DNA of 64,000 nt, taken from positions 2,852,001-2,916,000 of the forward strand of contig OZ037772.1 in the NCBI GenBank assembly GCA_964035545.1, in the 5' to 3' direction. The translations under genes and the position numbers were made by a program. The stretch comes from Bugula neritina. Taxonomy: Eukaryota > Animalia > Bryozoa. The notes under the pieces are model-generated. The model saw only the letters and a list, made by a program, of their open reading frames with translations, searched no databases and was not told the origin of the DNA. This document shows positions 14,215 to 24,519 of this stretch, piece after piece (within the stretch, counting starts at the first letter, position 1; every line of letters starts with the position of its first letter).

Positions 14215-15267
14215 TCATTGGTTGGACTCTGCTTCTTGTAGCGACCGTGCTCTGTGTCGAGCCTGTCGGGCACGTAGCCGCCTCTTCAGTCGCCCTACTG
14301 AGTCCTTCAACTGGTATAGACCTGTCGTCGTATCCAGCAAGTCAGGGGCAAGTTGTGTGAACTCGGCTTGCAGTCTTAGAAGCCGCTCTTCTACGTTAGC
14401 CAGCTGGCTAGGCCTTGGTGGGGTTGTAGGGGTCTCCGTTAGACGGGATATGGTTGTTTCTTCTAATTCTGGGGTGTTGCTAGGGTTGACGGGGGTAGGA
14501 GGTGGGCCCTGAACCATAGGGGACTTATGGCGGGCGGATAGTAGCAGTACGTGAAACCCTGACGTTAGTGCGGCCAGGGTGATAGCCTTCCTGATGACTG
14601 GCTTGATGGCATCCAGGTATAGGGGGAAACTGTCTTCATCAACAGTGTGGTTCTCTTCGGCGAAGCAGCTTATCTTATGTACTGTCACGGGATACGGGTA
14701 GACGTCGTGGAACCCGCAGGGACAGAAGTGGAGTAGGAAATGGGCGTCTACATGTAAACGCAGGGAGCGGTGCGACGGGCACTCCTCAAAGCAGACCTGG
14801 CAGGTTCGGTGTGGTCCACTGGGTCCCCAGGCTTCTTCAATTCTCCTCTCTGTCGTGGGTGACACCCAACGGTGTCGTCGGCGGAGTACTACTGGTATGC
14901 CATTCTCCATTACAGGCTCTTCTTCCATAGACAGAGAGGTTGGCTGGTCCCGTGACCGGGAGGTGGTCACTCGAGTGTGATCTGAAAGAGTAGCAGTGTT
15001 AAAGATTATACACTGAGACACCGTCGGCTTGTACAGCCTGACCGGTACTCTGTTCAGTTACACTCGTGAGATTCAGGCTAATGAATAGTTGATGGAGAAC
15101 ACACTCGCTATGACAGATTATTTAAAATCAAAGTCGACGTGTATTCCCACCACTGTTTATCATTATCGAATCTCCAGCTAGCTAGTGTAGCTAAGCTGAC
15201 TGATGCAGTCTAGTTATCGTACCAAAAACATAATTAACTCACCCTTCGATCCAGAATAGTAAGACAT
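14215..15267 (-). CDS. Spliced ORF3: C2H2-type zinc-finger plus coiled-coil protein (263 aa; exons 15267-15243 and 14981-14215)
   Basis: CAAAATG start gives MSYYSGSK, followed by donor AGG/GTGAGT, a 261-bp intron and acceptor TCTTTCAG; the phase-1 join is in frame. The protein has CQVC-x12-H-x3-H, then CPCG...H...C, and a C-terminal heptad-rich segment with a basic tail. Confidence 0.75.
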
Positions 15268-15290
15268 TTTGGAATGAGAGTGGTAAATGA

Positions 15291-17651
15291 TTACTGTTTA
15301 CTGGCACGTCTACTCTCGACTGCATCAACATAGGAAAAGACCGGACAGCGTGGTTGTGAAACATGGCTAGGGCTTTTCACTTCCAGCGGATGAATCTCGT
15401 GTGAGATTCCGCCGAGGCAAAAGTTGAGATTCTCGTGGTGATCACAACTCCCACGGCTCTTTGCCTGTTTTCCCATGCGAGGCTTCTCTAGACTTTTGTT
15501 ACTGCCGCTTATACCGCGGTCACGTACACAGTCTCTGAGACACGCTGGAAGTTGCCTAGTGTGTGGTCCTGGTCCTATGTTGGTATCTCCTTGCGGAGCC
15601 CCTCCCACGGGGGGTTTTTGCACTTCCGGACCTGTTTCTGGTTCCGGAAGTGGTGATGGTGGCAGGCTTGACGTTGGGGGCGGTGAGCGCACTTTCAAGG
15701 ACGGAAGTGGCCTTTCTCGCCTCGCCAAGTCTTCCTGACGTGTCATGGAGGTGTTTCCGGCCAGGTTGACAGTCTCCGCCTGCCGAGACCTTCTTGCACA
15801 ATGCGTCTGCCGCCCCACTTCACCAGGGAGACGGCTATGCTTGTTGGTCTGGCAGACTTTGCACCGTCTCACTCTGCGTCGGATATCCCGTTCCATGTTA
15901 GGCCAGTACCACCGGAGTTGTAGCTTGGTGACCACCCCTTGGACTCCTCCGTGAGTCTCCTCATGGGTGTCTTGTATCAACTTCCGGCGGATGGCAACTG
16001 GGCAGACAACCCTCTTCCTGGCTGGCTGTCTGCTGTTGGCGGCCAAGGTCATGGTTAGCAGACCATCTGGCCTGACCCGCAGAGAGCTCCAACGTTGACA
16101 GTACAGCCGTAACTCGGCGCATCCCTGTCGCCGTTGTGTACTACTGGGTCGTCGCCCCTCCTGTTTCGCTCGGTACACGTCGGCTACCACCCCAGGAAGG
16201 CATTCCTGGAGCTTCGGCAGCTCCCTAACGTTACCAGCCCATACAGGTTTGGCGCGGAGGCTCTGGGCAGCCTCCGGGGGCGTGTCAGCCCTCTGTTGGA
16301 GTGGCTGAGCAGGGGCGGTCTTCGCCGCCCGTGGTACCTCACGGCAGCCTGCTCTATTTAGGCGGGCTCCGTGGTCTGTGTGGCTGAACGCCTCACTGTA
16401 CCCATGTGGCAACCTAGCCATAGCCTGGCGCTTCCCGTTGCCTGTGCAGCCACGCGTCCCTGGAGGAGGGGAGGCGTGGGTTGGGACGGTCCTCCGCCCT
16501 CGAGACGGGCTCTGCTGAGGACCTTCCGTCGTAGCTCCCGACGACGGCCCAATGGCTTCCTCCTGGACAGGATGGAAGCGACCCAGCATGGATCTGGGTG
16601 GTAGGTCTACTGTCTCTGAGAAGGGGTTGACACACTGCACTGAGATCTCTCCTTGCCTCGTGAGCCGGCTAAAACTACGGGCAAGTTGGACTCTCGAGTG
16701 CGTACTTTCGACAACTCCCAACTTAGAGGTTTGGCCACCGTCTACCTTGCAGCGGACGGTAGCCCGGGAGTGGCCTGGTATAGTACAGCTCCGTACTACC
16801 TGCACTGCTCCCGCTAGAGGACGACCAAACTTATCGACACAAGCGAGCTCCTTGTCGCCCATGATTATCGCAGATTTACTGAAATCGATGCGACAACCGT
16901 GTCGTTGTAAGAATGGCATCCCGAGGATAGCATCCTCGTTGAGCTGCCCGACGATAAACGTCTCTTGGATGGCCTGGTTACGGACGTAACCAGTTAGCTC
17001 AATAATGCCGTAGAAGGGAATGCATGACCCGTCTGCCAGGGTGCCATGATCCCCCTCATACGGTGCCAACCCGTCCTTGACCTTAGCGCTGAGGGTGTCA
17101 AAGAACTGACGGCTAAGGAGGTTGGTGGTGCAGCCGGAGTCCAGGAGGAAGTTGGCAGGCTTGCCGGCTAACTTCCCTGGTAGGAAGTAGCTACTTCCGT
17201 GCGGCTGCAATTGAGTGTGCCGTGGTTGCACCTCCCTCGCTGTGGGTCGAGGGGTCCACGGTTGGCGGCGACTATTGACCAGCTGCCGAGGTTGGGGCGG
17301 TACGCCTTGCGGCGCTTGTACCGTTTCCCTCGCAGGCTCTGTGGTCAACCGTCTGCCGGCTCCGTGTTGGTGCCGGAGTGGCGTAGAGGACCCAGGCGGC
17401 GAGTGGCTTGAGCCTACTTGCCGCGGGGGTCGCCACTTCACAGCATCTCCTCGCGGCGCCCAGCGGGGCGACAGACGCGCGGGCCTTCCTGGGTGATTCA
17501 CAGACGGCCCGCAGGAGGTGGGAACATCTGCGGGCCGGGGTAGTTTAACCCTGGTGGGAGCTGAGGGCAGTTTCTCTGGAAATGTCCTGGCCTTCCGCAT
17601 TCCCAGCAGAAGTGGTGCCCCATGCCTGGTGATTGTACCTGCGGCCCGCAA
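15291..17651 (-). CDS. pol: Deleted pol: aspartic protease + spacer + integrase HHCC zinc-binding domain + IN tail
   Basis: FLLDSGCTTNLL (DSG at 17133-17141), AILGMPFL, and HEETHGG...WYWPNM...CKVC. No YxDD, RNase H or DDE motifs. Overlaps the end of gag in the -1 frame, with a candidate slip site G TTA AAC near 17545. Confidence 0.85.
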   Translation of the reverse strand: MRAAGTITRHGAPLLLGMRKARTFPEKLPSAPTRVKLPRPADVPTSCGPSVNHPGRPARLSPRWAPRGDAVKWRPPRQVGSSHSPPGSSTPLRHQHGAGRRLTTEPARETVQAPQGVPPQPRQLVNSRRQPWTPRPTAREVQPRHTQLQPHGSSYFLPGKLAGKPANFLLDSGCTTNLLSRQFFDTLSAKVKDGLAPYEGDHGTLADGSCIPFYGIIELTGYVRNQAIQETFIVGQLNEDAILGMPFLQRHGCRIDFSKSAIIMGDKELACVDKFGRPLAGAVQVVRSCTIPGHSRATVRCKVDGGQTSKLGVVESTHSRVQLARSFSRLTRQGEISVQCVNPFSETVDLPPRSMLGRFHPVQEEAIGPSSGATTEGPQQSPSRGRRTVPTHASPPPGTRGCTGNGKRQAMARLPHGYSEAFSHTDHGARLNRAGCREVPRAAKTAPAQPLQQRADTPPEAAQSLRAKPVWAGNVRELPKLQECLPGVVADVYRAKQEGRRPSSTQRRQGCAELRLYCQRWSSLRVRPDGLLTMTLAANSRQPARKRVVCPVAIRRKLIQDTHEETHGGVQGVVTKLQLRWYWPNMERDIRRRVRRCKVCQTNKHSRLPGEVGRQTHCARRSRQAETVNLAGNTSMTRQEDLARRERPLPSLKVRSPPPTSSLPPSPLPEPETGPEVQKPPVGGAPQGDTNIGPGPHTRQLPACLRDCVRDRGISGSNKSLEKPRMGKQAKSRGSCDHHENLNFCLGGISHEIHPLEVKSPSHVSQPRCPVFSYVDAVESRRASKQ

Positions 17652-18448
17652 GGCTCACGGGCAGTATCTACCTGGCTTGGGGAGGCTAATGTGGTGACCA
17701 GTTTATCTAGCATGTCAGTCATCTGTGAGATTTTTGACGCTAGTGACATCTGGTTCACATTAGCCACCGCGGAGGGTTCCGCATTTAATTCGGTGTGAGC
17801 AGTAGAGTGCTCCGTGGTCACCTGGCGGGAGGCCACGCGGTTGCGGTGCATATGAGTCGCCAAGAGGTAGGCTTCTCCCACCGCAAGTGCATCTTCGACT
17901 GTGGTGACTCTCCTCGCTTGGAGTTGATGGTGGAGCCCCAAGTCGTTGATGGACTGCACGAAGGCATCATAGGTATACCTCTCACGGTGTACCGGAGGCA
18001 GATCGCGGAATGCGATCTGCGCTAATGGGTACACCGTGGCAGCGTGCTCTTCTAGTGACGTGTGAGGATCACGCCGCATCCTCTGTAGACGGGCCCGCGC
18101 ATCTATGGGAGAGATGCCAAAACGGGCCCGCAGGGAAGCAAAGATTCCGTCTATGTCAGGTCCAGCTCCGTACGGCTTAGCTTTGCCCGTCAGCGCCATC
18201 CTGAGCTTTAGCAACGCCACCCTTGGCGGCCATTCTGCAATCTCCATCACATCCTGGAATTCTTGGATGAACTGCTCCACTGCTTCTTCGCCGGTGAAGT
18301 TGGGCGCCTTCAGCCGGTATCTATCTTCACCATGCTCTCTAAGAATTCTCACTTCTTCATCTAACACCACTGGTTCCACAGGTATATCAACATTATCTCT
18401 CTCACCTTCATTCAGTGGAATGGGTAGCTCCGTGCCGTCTTCTGCCAT
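17498..18448 (-). CDS. gag: Gag (capsid plus CCHC nucleocapsid)
   Basis: ATG at 18448; capsid-like APNFTGEEAVEQFIQEF...W...LRMALTGKA; zinc knuckle CWECGRPGHFQRNC. Confidence 0.9.
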   Translation of the reverse strand: MAEDGTELPIPLNEGERDNVDIPVEPVVLDEEVRILREHGEDRYRLKAPNFTGEEAVEQFIQEFQDVMEIAEWPPRVALLKLRMALTGKAKPYGAGPDIDGIFASLRARFGISPIDARARLQRMRRDPHTSLEEHAATVYPLAQIAFRDLPPVHRERYTYDAFVQSINDLGLHHQLQARRVTTVEDALAVGEAYLLATHMHRNRVASRQVTTEHSTAHTELNAEPSAVANVNQMSLASKISQMTDMLDKLVTTLASPSQVDTAREPCGPQVQSPGMGHHFCWECGRPGHFQRNCPQLPPGLNYPGPQMFPPPAGRL

Positions 18449-18464
18449 GACTGCTATACGCAAG

Positions 18465-18482
18465 ATCCCACCGCTGCCACCA
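18465..18482 (-). promoter_or_regulatory. Primer-binding site, tRNA-Leu
   Basis: TGGTGGCAGCGGTGGGAT lies 1 nt after the 5' LTR and is complementary to the metazoan tRNA-Leu(AAG/TAG) 3' end AUCCCACCGCUGCCA-CCA. Confidence 0.85.
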
Positions 18483-18483
18483 C

Positions 18484-18835
18484 TGTAGTAATTTGTGCAA
18501 TTACTGAGCGTGAGTTATTTACTTGCGTATAGTTAGCTGGTTATTCTGTTATCAATTACTAAGGTAGCTGTCGAGTAATTATATTTATTATCCACAATAA
18601 AGCATAAACCAAACATCACATCAAATTATCCTATACAAGAGTCAACTACTAACACATGTTACTACTACAAGCCTCCGCTTACAAGAACGTGATATAATGT
18701 TAATAACCCGGGAAGTGTCACGTGACTCGGAAGCATATCTTCCGGAGCTGCTAATTGGTTGCTACATAAGAGTCTAAGTATTCCAAGAGTAGGGAGAGGG
18801 CGATTCCTGTATTTGTACTTGCACTACTCACTACA
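18484..18835 (-). repeat. 5' LTR of family A copy 1
   Basis: Followed by the PBS and gag; flanked by TSD ATAG. Confidence 0.95.
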
Positions 18836-20817
18836 ATAGTGATACTCATACTCATAATTAATTTATACGATTACGACACTCATAGTGATAGTCATAGTCA
18901 TACTGATACTCATAGTGATACTTCTTCGTGAATTTAATAATAATTTAATATTATTATCATTGTTGCTAATATTATGTCTCACTCTTAGTCTAACAGCAGC
19001 TCTATGAAGAAGTTAAAGATAACTGATAAAACAAATTTAAAAAATAATACTGCAACAATCAATATAATGTATATCAATATGCTAGCAACCTAATTTTCAG
19101 CTCACTTCATTAACTTTCCGTGCAGTATTGTGATAAAATAAATTTATTAATGGTGACCTTGACATCTTCGTCTGAATGCCTTTCACATCAAGCCCCGAAC
19201 CAATTTGTAAAAATTTTGGATTTTTTACTTTTAAATATTTTTTACGAAAAGAGCTTCAAAATAAATTTAAAAAAAAGTGAGCTGTTGTCCACATGAAAGG
19301 AAATATATGAGCCAATTTTCTAAATTCTGGAAGTTACCAGAGGGTCACAATATTTTTTTTTAAAATCTTTATTTTCACGACAAGCTCTATATATAATAAT
19401 ATAGAAAAAAAGAAGACAACTCTTCTTTAAGATTTTTCATTTGCCACGGTCACGTCAATATCAGTGCTATTAACACATATATTTTAATTCATTTTTTCTG
19501 GTATATTGAGTTGAGATTTTTTTTATATATTTTGTGAATGTAACTAAAAAAGTATGATCTTTCAATTAACAGTAATTGATTTTATCAAAATAACCTGGAT
19601 GCCTACGATGTTTAACTTCTCTCTTTGTTTGTGATTGCATCAATCTGTGTACAAAACGTAATCAATTCTAGTATCTCAATTGTTCGTAGAAAGTAAGTCG
19701 TATATTTGTCTCAAAGTTATTAAAAAGTAATTCCTGTGTTGATACCCATCTGATCTTAAAATAGTAATAGTTTTAGATAACATAAAAATCTGACATTTAC
19801 ATTCGCATAACCACAGCTGAGCAGTAGTAGACCATAATATTTTTAGTCTCACTGAACACGTTCCTTTATCATACTCCGACATAATAGTTATAGTAGATAT
19901 TAATATAGAGATTTGAACTATACTACTCAGTTCTACTACCCGATCCAACACCGCGGCTACAAACAAACATCTTAACCTTGGCTTTGCTTTGCGCTACTCC
20001 ACATCAGCACGTCATACATTACATCTAAACAAACATTAAAATAATTGAGTGGGCCTAAGTGACAACTATAACAAAAATTGACTCTTCAATTCTAATGAAA
20101 AATCACGAAATTTTCAGACAAACTATACTGCATTTCAACTTTGTGACTATCACATAATAATAATCATTGTCATTTGAAAGATTCTGCTAAAATCGAAATG
20201 CCAATGTTAATCACAAGGTCAACCATAAATGACTCAGTCTGATGACAATTATGCTTAATGATTAATTAGTAATATGAATAGATTGCAAGTGATCAGCATG
20301 ATGATGGTGATGATTGCTTTTCACCATCAAAGGTCAAACTTTGTAATTGCAGCTTGAAATGTAATATTAAATAATATTACTTTTATTTAATTATACAAGT
20401 ATAACTTACCATCATAACAACATTCAACTTTATGTAGTCATTATGAACATGATAACGGTTTACCTTTTACTTTAGGTGATAATTATACTATTCACGATTA
20501 TCATTATGTCTACCATTATGATTATCTCAACTTTAACTTATCAATTACGATAATTAACCATATGTTTTCAATGATAAAAACTTAAATCATTGAATGAACA
20601 TTAAAAATGATTTAATTTCACACTTTTATTATCATAACTATGAAATTAATATTAATAGGCATATTTGATTTTTAGATTACAATAATAATTATCAAATCAT
20701 GGTATAAAATTAAATATTATAGTTAAAATTACAAATATAATTAATATAATTGTATATATTGAAAGTAAAATAGTAAGGTAAACTAAATGAATTATCGACA
20801 TGAGTATGAGTATGAGT

Positions 20818-21212
20818 AGGCCACAACTAGAAGGTGCAGCAGCAATTTGAGATCCCCGTTTGCAATACCTCATCAGAGATATAGAACAGGTGCAAAATAA
20901 TGCAATCAGATTCATTGCTAAATTGAAAGGCAGAGACAGTATCACTGTGGCACGTGACAAACTAAACCTAGAATCTCTCCCCGACAGACGCTTCAAGCTG
21001 AGGCACAAGTTACTGTTGCGACTTCTATCTAATGAGGGAAATCAGGCATCTCTAACCAACTCCTATGAACTGATGAACAGTAAAACCTAAAATACTAGGT
21101 TTACTAAGGCATCAAGCAGGGACGATCCCCCAACCATTTTTGTAAAATCAGCAGCCTACTACAGCAGCTTCTTTCCAAAAACGGCCCGGGAGCTTAAGTC
21201 TATGCTAAATAA
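20818..21212 (+). mobile_element. 3' fragment of a non-LTR retrotransposon (CR1/L2-group ORF2 C-terminus)
   Basis: RPQLEGAAAI*DP...IEQVQNNAIRFI...SITVARDKLNLESLPDRR and YYSSFFPKTARE match the LINE post-RT thumb motifs RPxLEYAxxVWDP..LExVQRRAAR and SFFPRT. Internal stops are present. Confidence 0.8.
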
Positions 21213-22301
21213 TTAGTCAATACACCAGAGTTGTATATGTGCAACATACTGAAAATACTTGCTAGCCTGTAATCGGCAACTGTAGAGGTGTGCCTCTTGC
21301 TACATGCTCTAATGCGTGTAAGAGGTAAGAGGACTATCAATATTAGTAGGAGTACCCAAGTACCAGTAGACATAGTAGCTGTAGAAAGTCTATCCCAATC
21401 AGTAACTGTAAGCCGTAAGGGCTAAGACTATCACTAGGAATATAAAAAACTATAACTTGAGTATAACTAATTGAAGGTGAGTTAACATAAATTAAAAAAT
21501 AATAAATATAGTTACTACAAAATCAAAATGAAATATGCATTATAAATATTTATATTTTTATTTTATAATAATTTTTAAATTTATTTATATAATTTTATTT
21601 AGGTTCATCACCTTTCATTATGATTAATGAAAGTCATAAATCATATTCATAACGATAATGATAATCACTTAAAAAAATGAAAAGTGATAAACCCATAATC
21701 ATAATGATTATTATTATCATTTATCGCTTATCAGTGATACTCATAATCATAATGATAATCTTGATCATAATCAATATGAATATCAATATAATGTTATACT
21801 TATTCAATAATTATAATTGATCGATTCTTATTCATATTAAATATTAATAATGAATAAAAAATTATATTAACAGTAACACGACAACTTACTTAATTAGAGT
21901 ATTAGTATTAGTATTGTAGTGAGTAGTGCAAAGTACAAATACGGGAATCGCCCCTTCCCTACTCTTGGAATACTTAGCCCTTATGTAGCAACCAATTAGC
22001 AGCTCCGGAAGACATGCTTCCGATTCACGTGACACTTCCCGGGCTATTAACATTATATCACGTTGTTGTAAGCGGAGGCTTGAACTAGTAACATGTGTCA
22101 GTAGTTGACTCTTGTATAGGATAATTTGATGTGATGTTTGTTTTATGCTTTATTGTGGATAATAAATATAATTACTGGACAGCTACCCTAGTAATTACTA
22201 GCAGAATAACCAGCTAACTATACGCAAGTAAATAACTCACGCTCAGTAATTGCACAAATTACTACAGTGGTGGCAGCGGTGGGATCTTGCGTATAGCAGT
22301 C

Positions 22302-23438
22302 ATGGCAGAAGACGGCACGGAGCTACCCATTCCACTGAATGAAGGTGAGAGAGATAACATTGCTATACCTATAGAACCAGAAGTGGCACAGGACCCCCAC
22401 GCCGAACCTGTCTCAACCGATGGCGTCAAGGAGCTAGGACACCTTCAGGAAATTATTCCAGGGGTGGTAGCCGACGTCTATCGAATGAAACGGGAAGGGA
22501 GACGACCCAGTGACAGACAGTGGAAGCTGGGCTGCCCTGAGTGGCAGCTGTACTGCCGAAGTTGGAACGCACTGCAGATCGGGCCGGATGGTCTACTGTC
22601 CATATCCTTGGCCGATAACCACCACCAGCTAGACCAGGAGAGGACCCTCTGTTCTGCCGCCATCCGCCAAGAGTTGATAGAAGAGGTACACCAACAGGCT
22701 CATGGGGGAGCCCAACAGGTGTTCACCGAACTACAACTCTGGTGGTATTGGCCTCACATGGAGCGTGATGTACGACACAGCGTTGGGCAGTGCGGAGTCT
22801 GCCGGGTCAGTAAGCACGGCCCCCCTACTGAGGAGGTAGGGCGGCGAAGGCAAAGTGCAGAAAGACCCGGGCAGACGGAGACTGCTAACCTGGTCGACAA
22901 ACCGCCTAGTATGCAACCCAAAGCAGTGGCGAGGCAGGAAAAGCCACACCCGTTCAGGGAAGTGCGCTCACCGTCGTTAGCGTGCAAGCTGCCACCGCCA
23001 CTCCCTAGGTCAGGAACCGACCTGGAAGTGCAAAAACCCCCCAAGGGAGGGGCTCCGTGCGGAGGTACTGGGAAAGCTCCATTTGTCACAAACTGGCTGA
23101 AGGCACCACCCAAGCGACGTGACCGTCCACGGGTGCGTAAACCGCCTTGGTTAGTGACGACACCTGGGAAACGGTGTTCTAAGCCAGGCCCCGCGTATCG
23201 CAAGGACTTACCACGTTCCGTTAAGGGCGCGGTCAAACGTCCTACGAGACGCCGTGAGGGGAAGGGAGCAGAGCGTGGGAGTTGTGAGCACCACGACAAT
23301 ATTGACTTTTGCCTCGGCGGAATCTCACACGAGATTCGTCCGCTGGAAGTGAAAAGCCCTAGTCACGTTTCACAACCACGCTGTCCGGTCTTTTCCTATG
23401 TTGATGCAGTCGAGAGTAGACGTGCCAGTAAACAGTAA
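22302..23438 (+). CDS. In-frame fusion of the Gag N-terminus (about 28 codons) to the integrase HHCC domain and IN tail
   Basis: Starts MAEDGTELPIPLNEGERDN as in copy-1 gag, then HQQAHGG...WYWPHM...CGVC, and ends PVFSYVDAVESRRASKQ as in copy-1 pol. Confidence 0.75.
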   Translation: MAEDGTELPIPLNEGERDNIAIPIEPEVAQDPHAEPVSTDGVKELGHLQEIIPGVVADVYRMKREGRRPSDRQWKLGCPEWQLYCRSWNALQIGPDGLLSISLADNHHQLDQERTLCSAAIRQELIEEVHQQAHGGAQQVFTELQLWWYWPHMERDVRHSVGQCGVCRVSKHGPPTEEVGRRRQSAERPGQTETANLVDKPPSMQPKAVARQEKPHPFREVRSPSLACKLPPPLPRSGTDLEVQKPPKGGAPCGGTGKAPFVTNWLKAPPKRRDRPRVRKPPWLVTTPGKRCSKPGPAYRKDLPRSVKGAVKRPTRRREGKGAERGSCEHHDNIDFCLGGISHEIRPLEVKSPSHVSQPRCPVFSYVDAVESRRASKQ

Positions 23439-23461
23439 TCATTTACCACTCTCATTCCAAA

Positions 23462-24519
23462 ATGTCTTACTATTCTGGATCGAAGGGTGAGTTAATTATG
23501 TTTTTGGTACGATAACTAGACTGCATCAGTCAGCTTTAGCTACACTAGCTAGCGAGCTGGAGATTCGATAATGATGAACAGTGGTGGGGATACACGTCGA
23601 CTTTGATTTTAAATAATCTGTCATAGCAAGTGTGTTCTCCATCAACTATTCATTAGCCTGAATCTCACGAGTGTAACTGAACAGAGTACCGGTCAGGCTG
23701 TACACGCCGACGGTGCCTCAGTGTATAATCTTTAACACTGCTACTCTTTCAGATCACACTCGAGTGACCACCTCCCGGTCACAGGACCAGCCAACCTCTC
23801 TACCTATGGAAGAAGAGCCTGTAATGGAGAATGGCATACCCGTGGTGCTCCGCCGACGACACCGTTGGGTGTCACCCACGACAGAGAGGAGAATTGAAGA
23901 AGCCTGGGGACCCAGTGGACCACACCGAACCTGCCAGGTCTGCTTTGAAGAGTGCCCGTCACACCGCTCCCTGCGTTTACATGTAGACGCCCATTTCCTG
24001 CTCCACTTCTGTCCCTGCGGGTTCCACGACGTCTACCCGTATCCCGTGACAGTACATAAGCTAAGCTGCTTCGCCGGAGAGAACCACACTGTTGATGAAG
24101 ACAGTTTCCCCCTATACCTGGATGCCATCAAACCAGTCATCAGGAAGGCTATCACCCTGGCCGCGCTAGCGTCAGGGTTTCACGTACTGCTACTATCCGC
24201 CCGCCATAAGTCTCCTATGGTTCAGGGCCCACCTCCTACCCCCGTCAACCCTAGCAACACCCCAGAAGTAGAAGAAACAACAATATCCCCTCTATCGGAG
24301 ACCACTACAACCCCACCAAGGCCTAGCCAGCTGGCTAACGTAGAAGAGTGGCTTGTAAGACTACAAGCCGAGTTCACACAACTTGCCCCTGACCTGCTGG
24401 ATACGACGACAGGTCTATACCAGTTGAAGGACTCAGTAGGGCGACTGAAGAGGCGGCTACGTGCCCGACAGGCTCGACACAGAGCACGGTCGCTACAAGA
24501 ATCAGAATCCAACCAATGA
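23462..24519 (+). CDS. Spliced ORF3: C2H2 zinc-finger plus coiled-coil protein (263 aa; exons 23462-23486 and 23753-24519)
   Basis: ATG at 23462, donor AGG/GTGAGT at 23487, branch-like CTTTAAC, and acceptor CTCTTTCAG ending at 23752. The join is in frame and the structure matches copy 1. Confidence 0.75.

Larger units (their letters stand above)
13572..18835 (-). mobile_element. Ty3/gypsy LTR retrotransposon family A, copy 1 (non-autonomous; RT, RNase H and IN core deleted)
   Basis: 352-bp TGTAGT...ACTACA LTRs at 13572-13923 and 18484-18835 (2 differences seen), 4-bp TSD ATAG, tRNA-Leu PBS, G-rich PPT at about 13924-13936, gag, truncated pol and a third gene. Confidence 0.95.
9186..19611. 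mobile_element. Decayed Kolobok-superfamily DNA transposon (about 5.2 kb after removing the nested LTR element)
   Basis: TTAA on both flanks (9182-9185, 19612-19615). Imperfect TIRs AGGCCGTAAGCATCCAGGTTATTT / AAATAACCTGGATGCCTACGATGT (20 of 24 match), starting with AG. An internal KolX-like remnant is present. Confidence 0.7.

Noticed and set aside
14127-18488. Many plus-strand ORFs antisense to family A gag, pol and ORF3
   Set aside because: Shadow frames of GC-rich coding sequence with no recognisable motifs.
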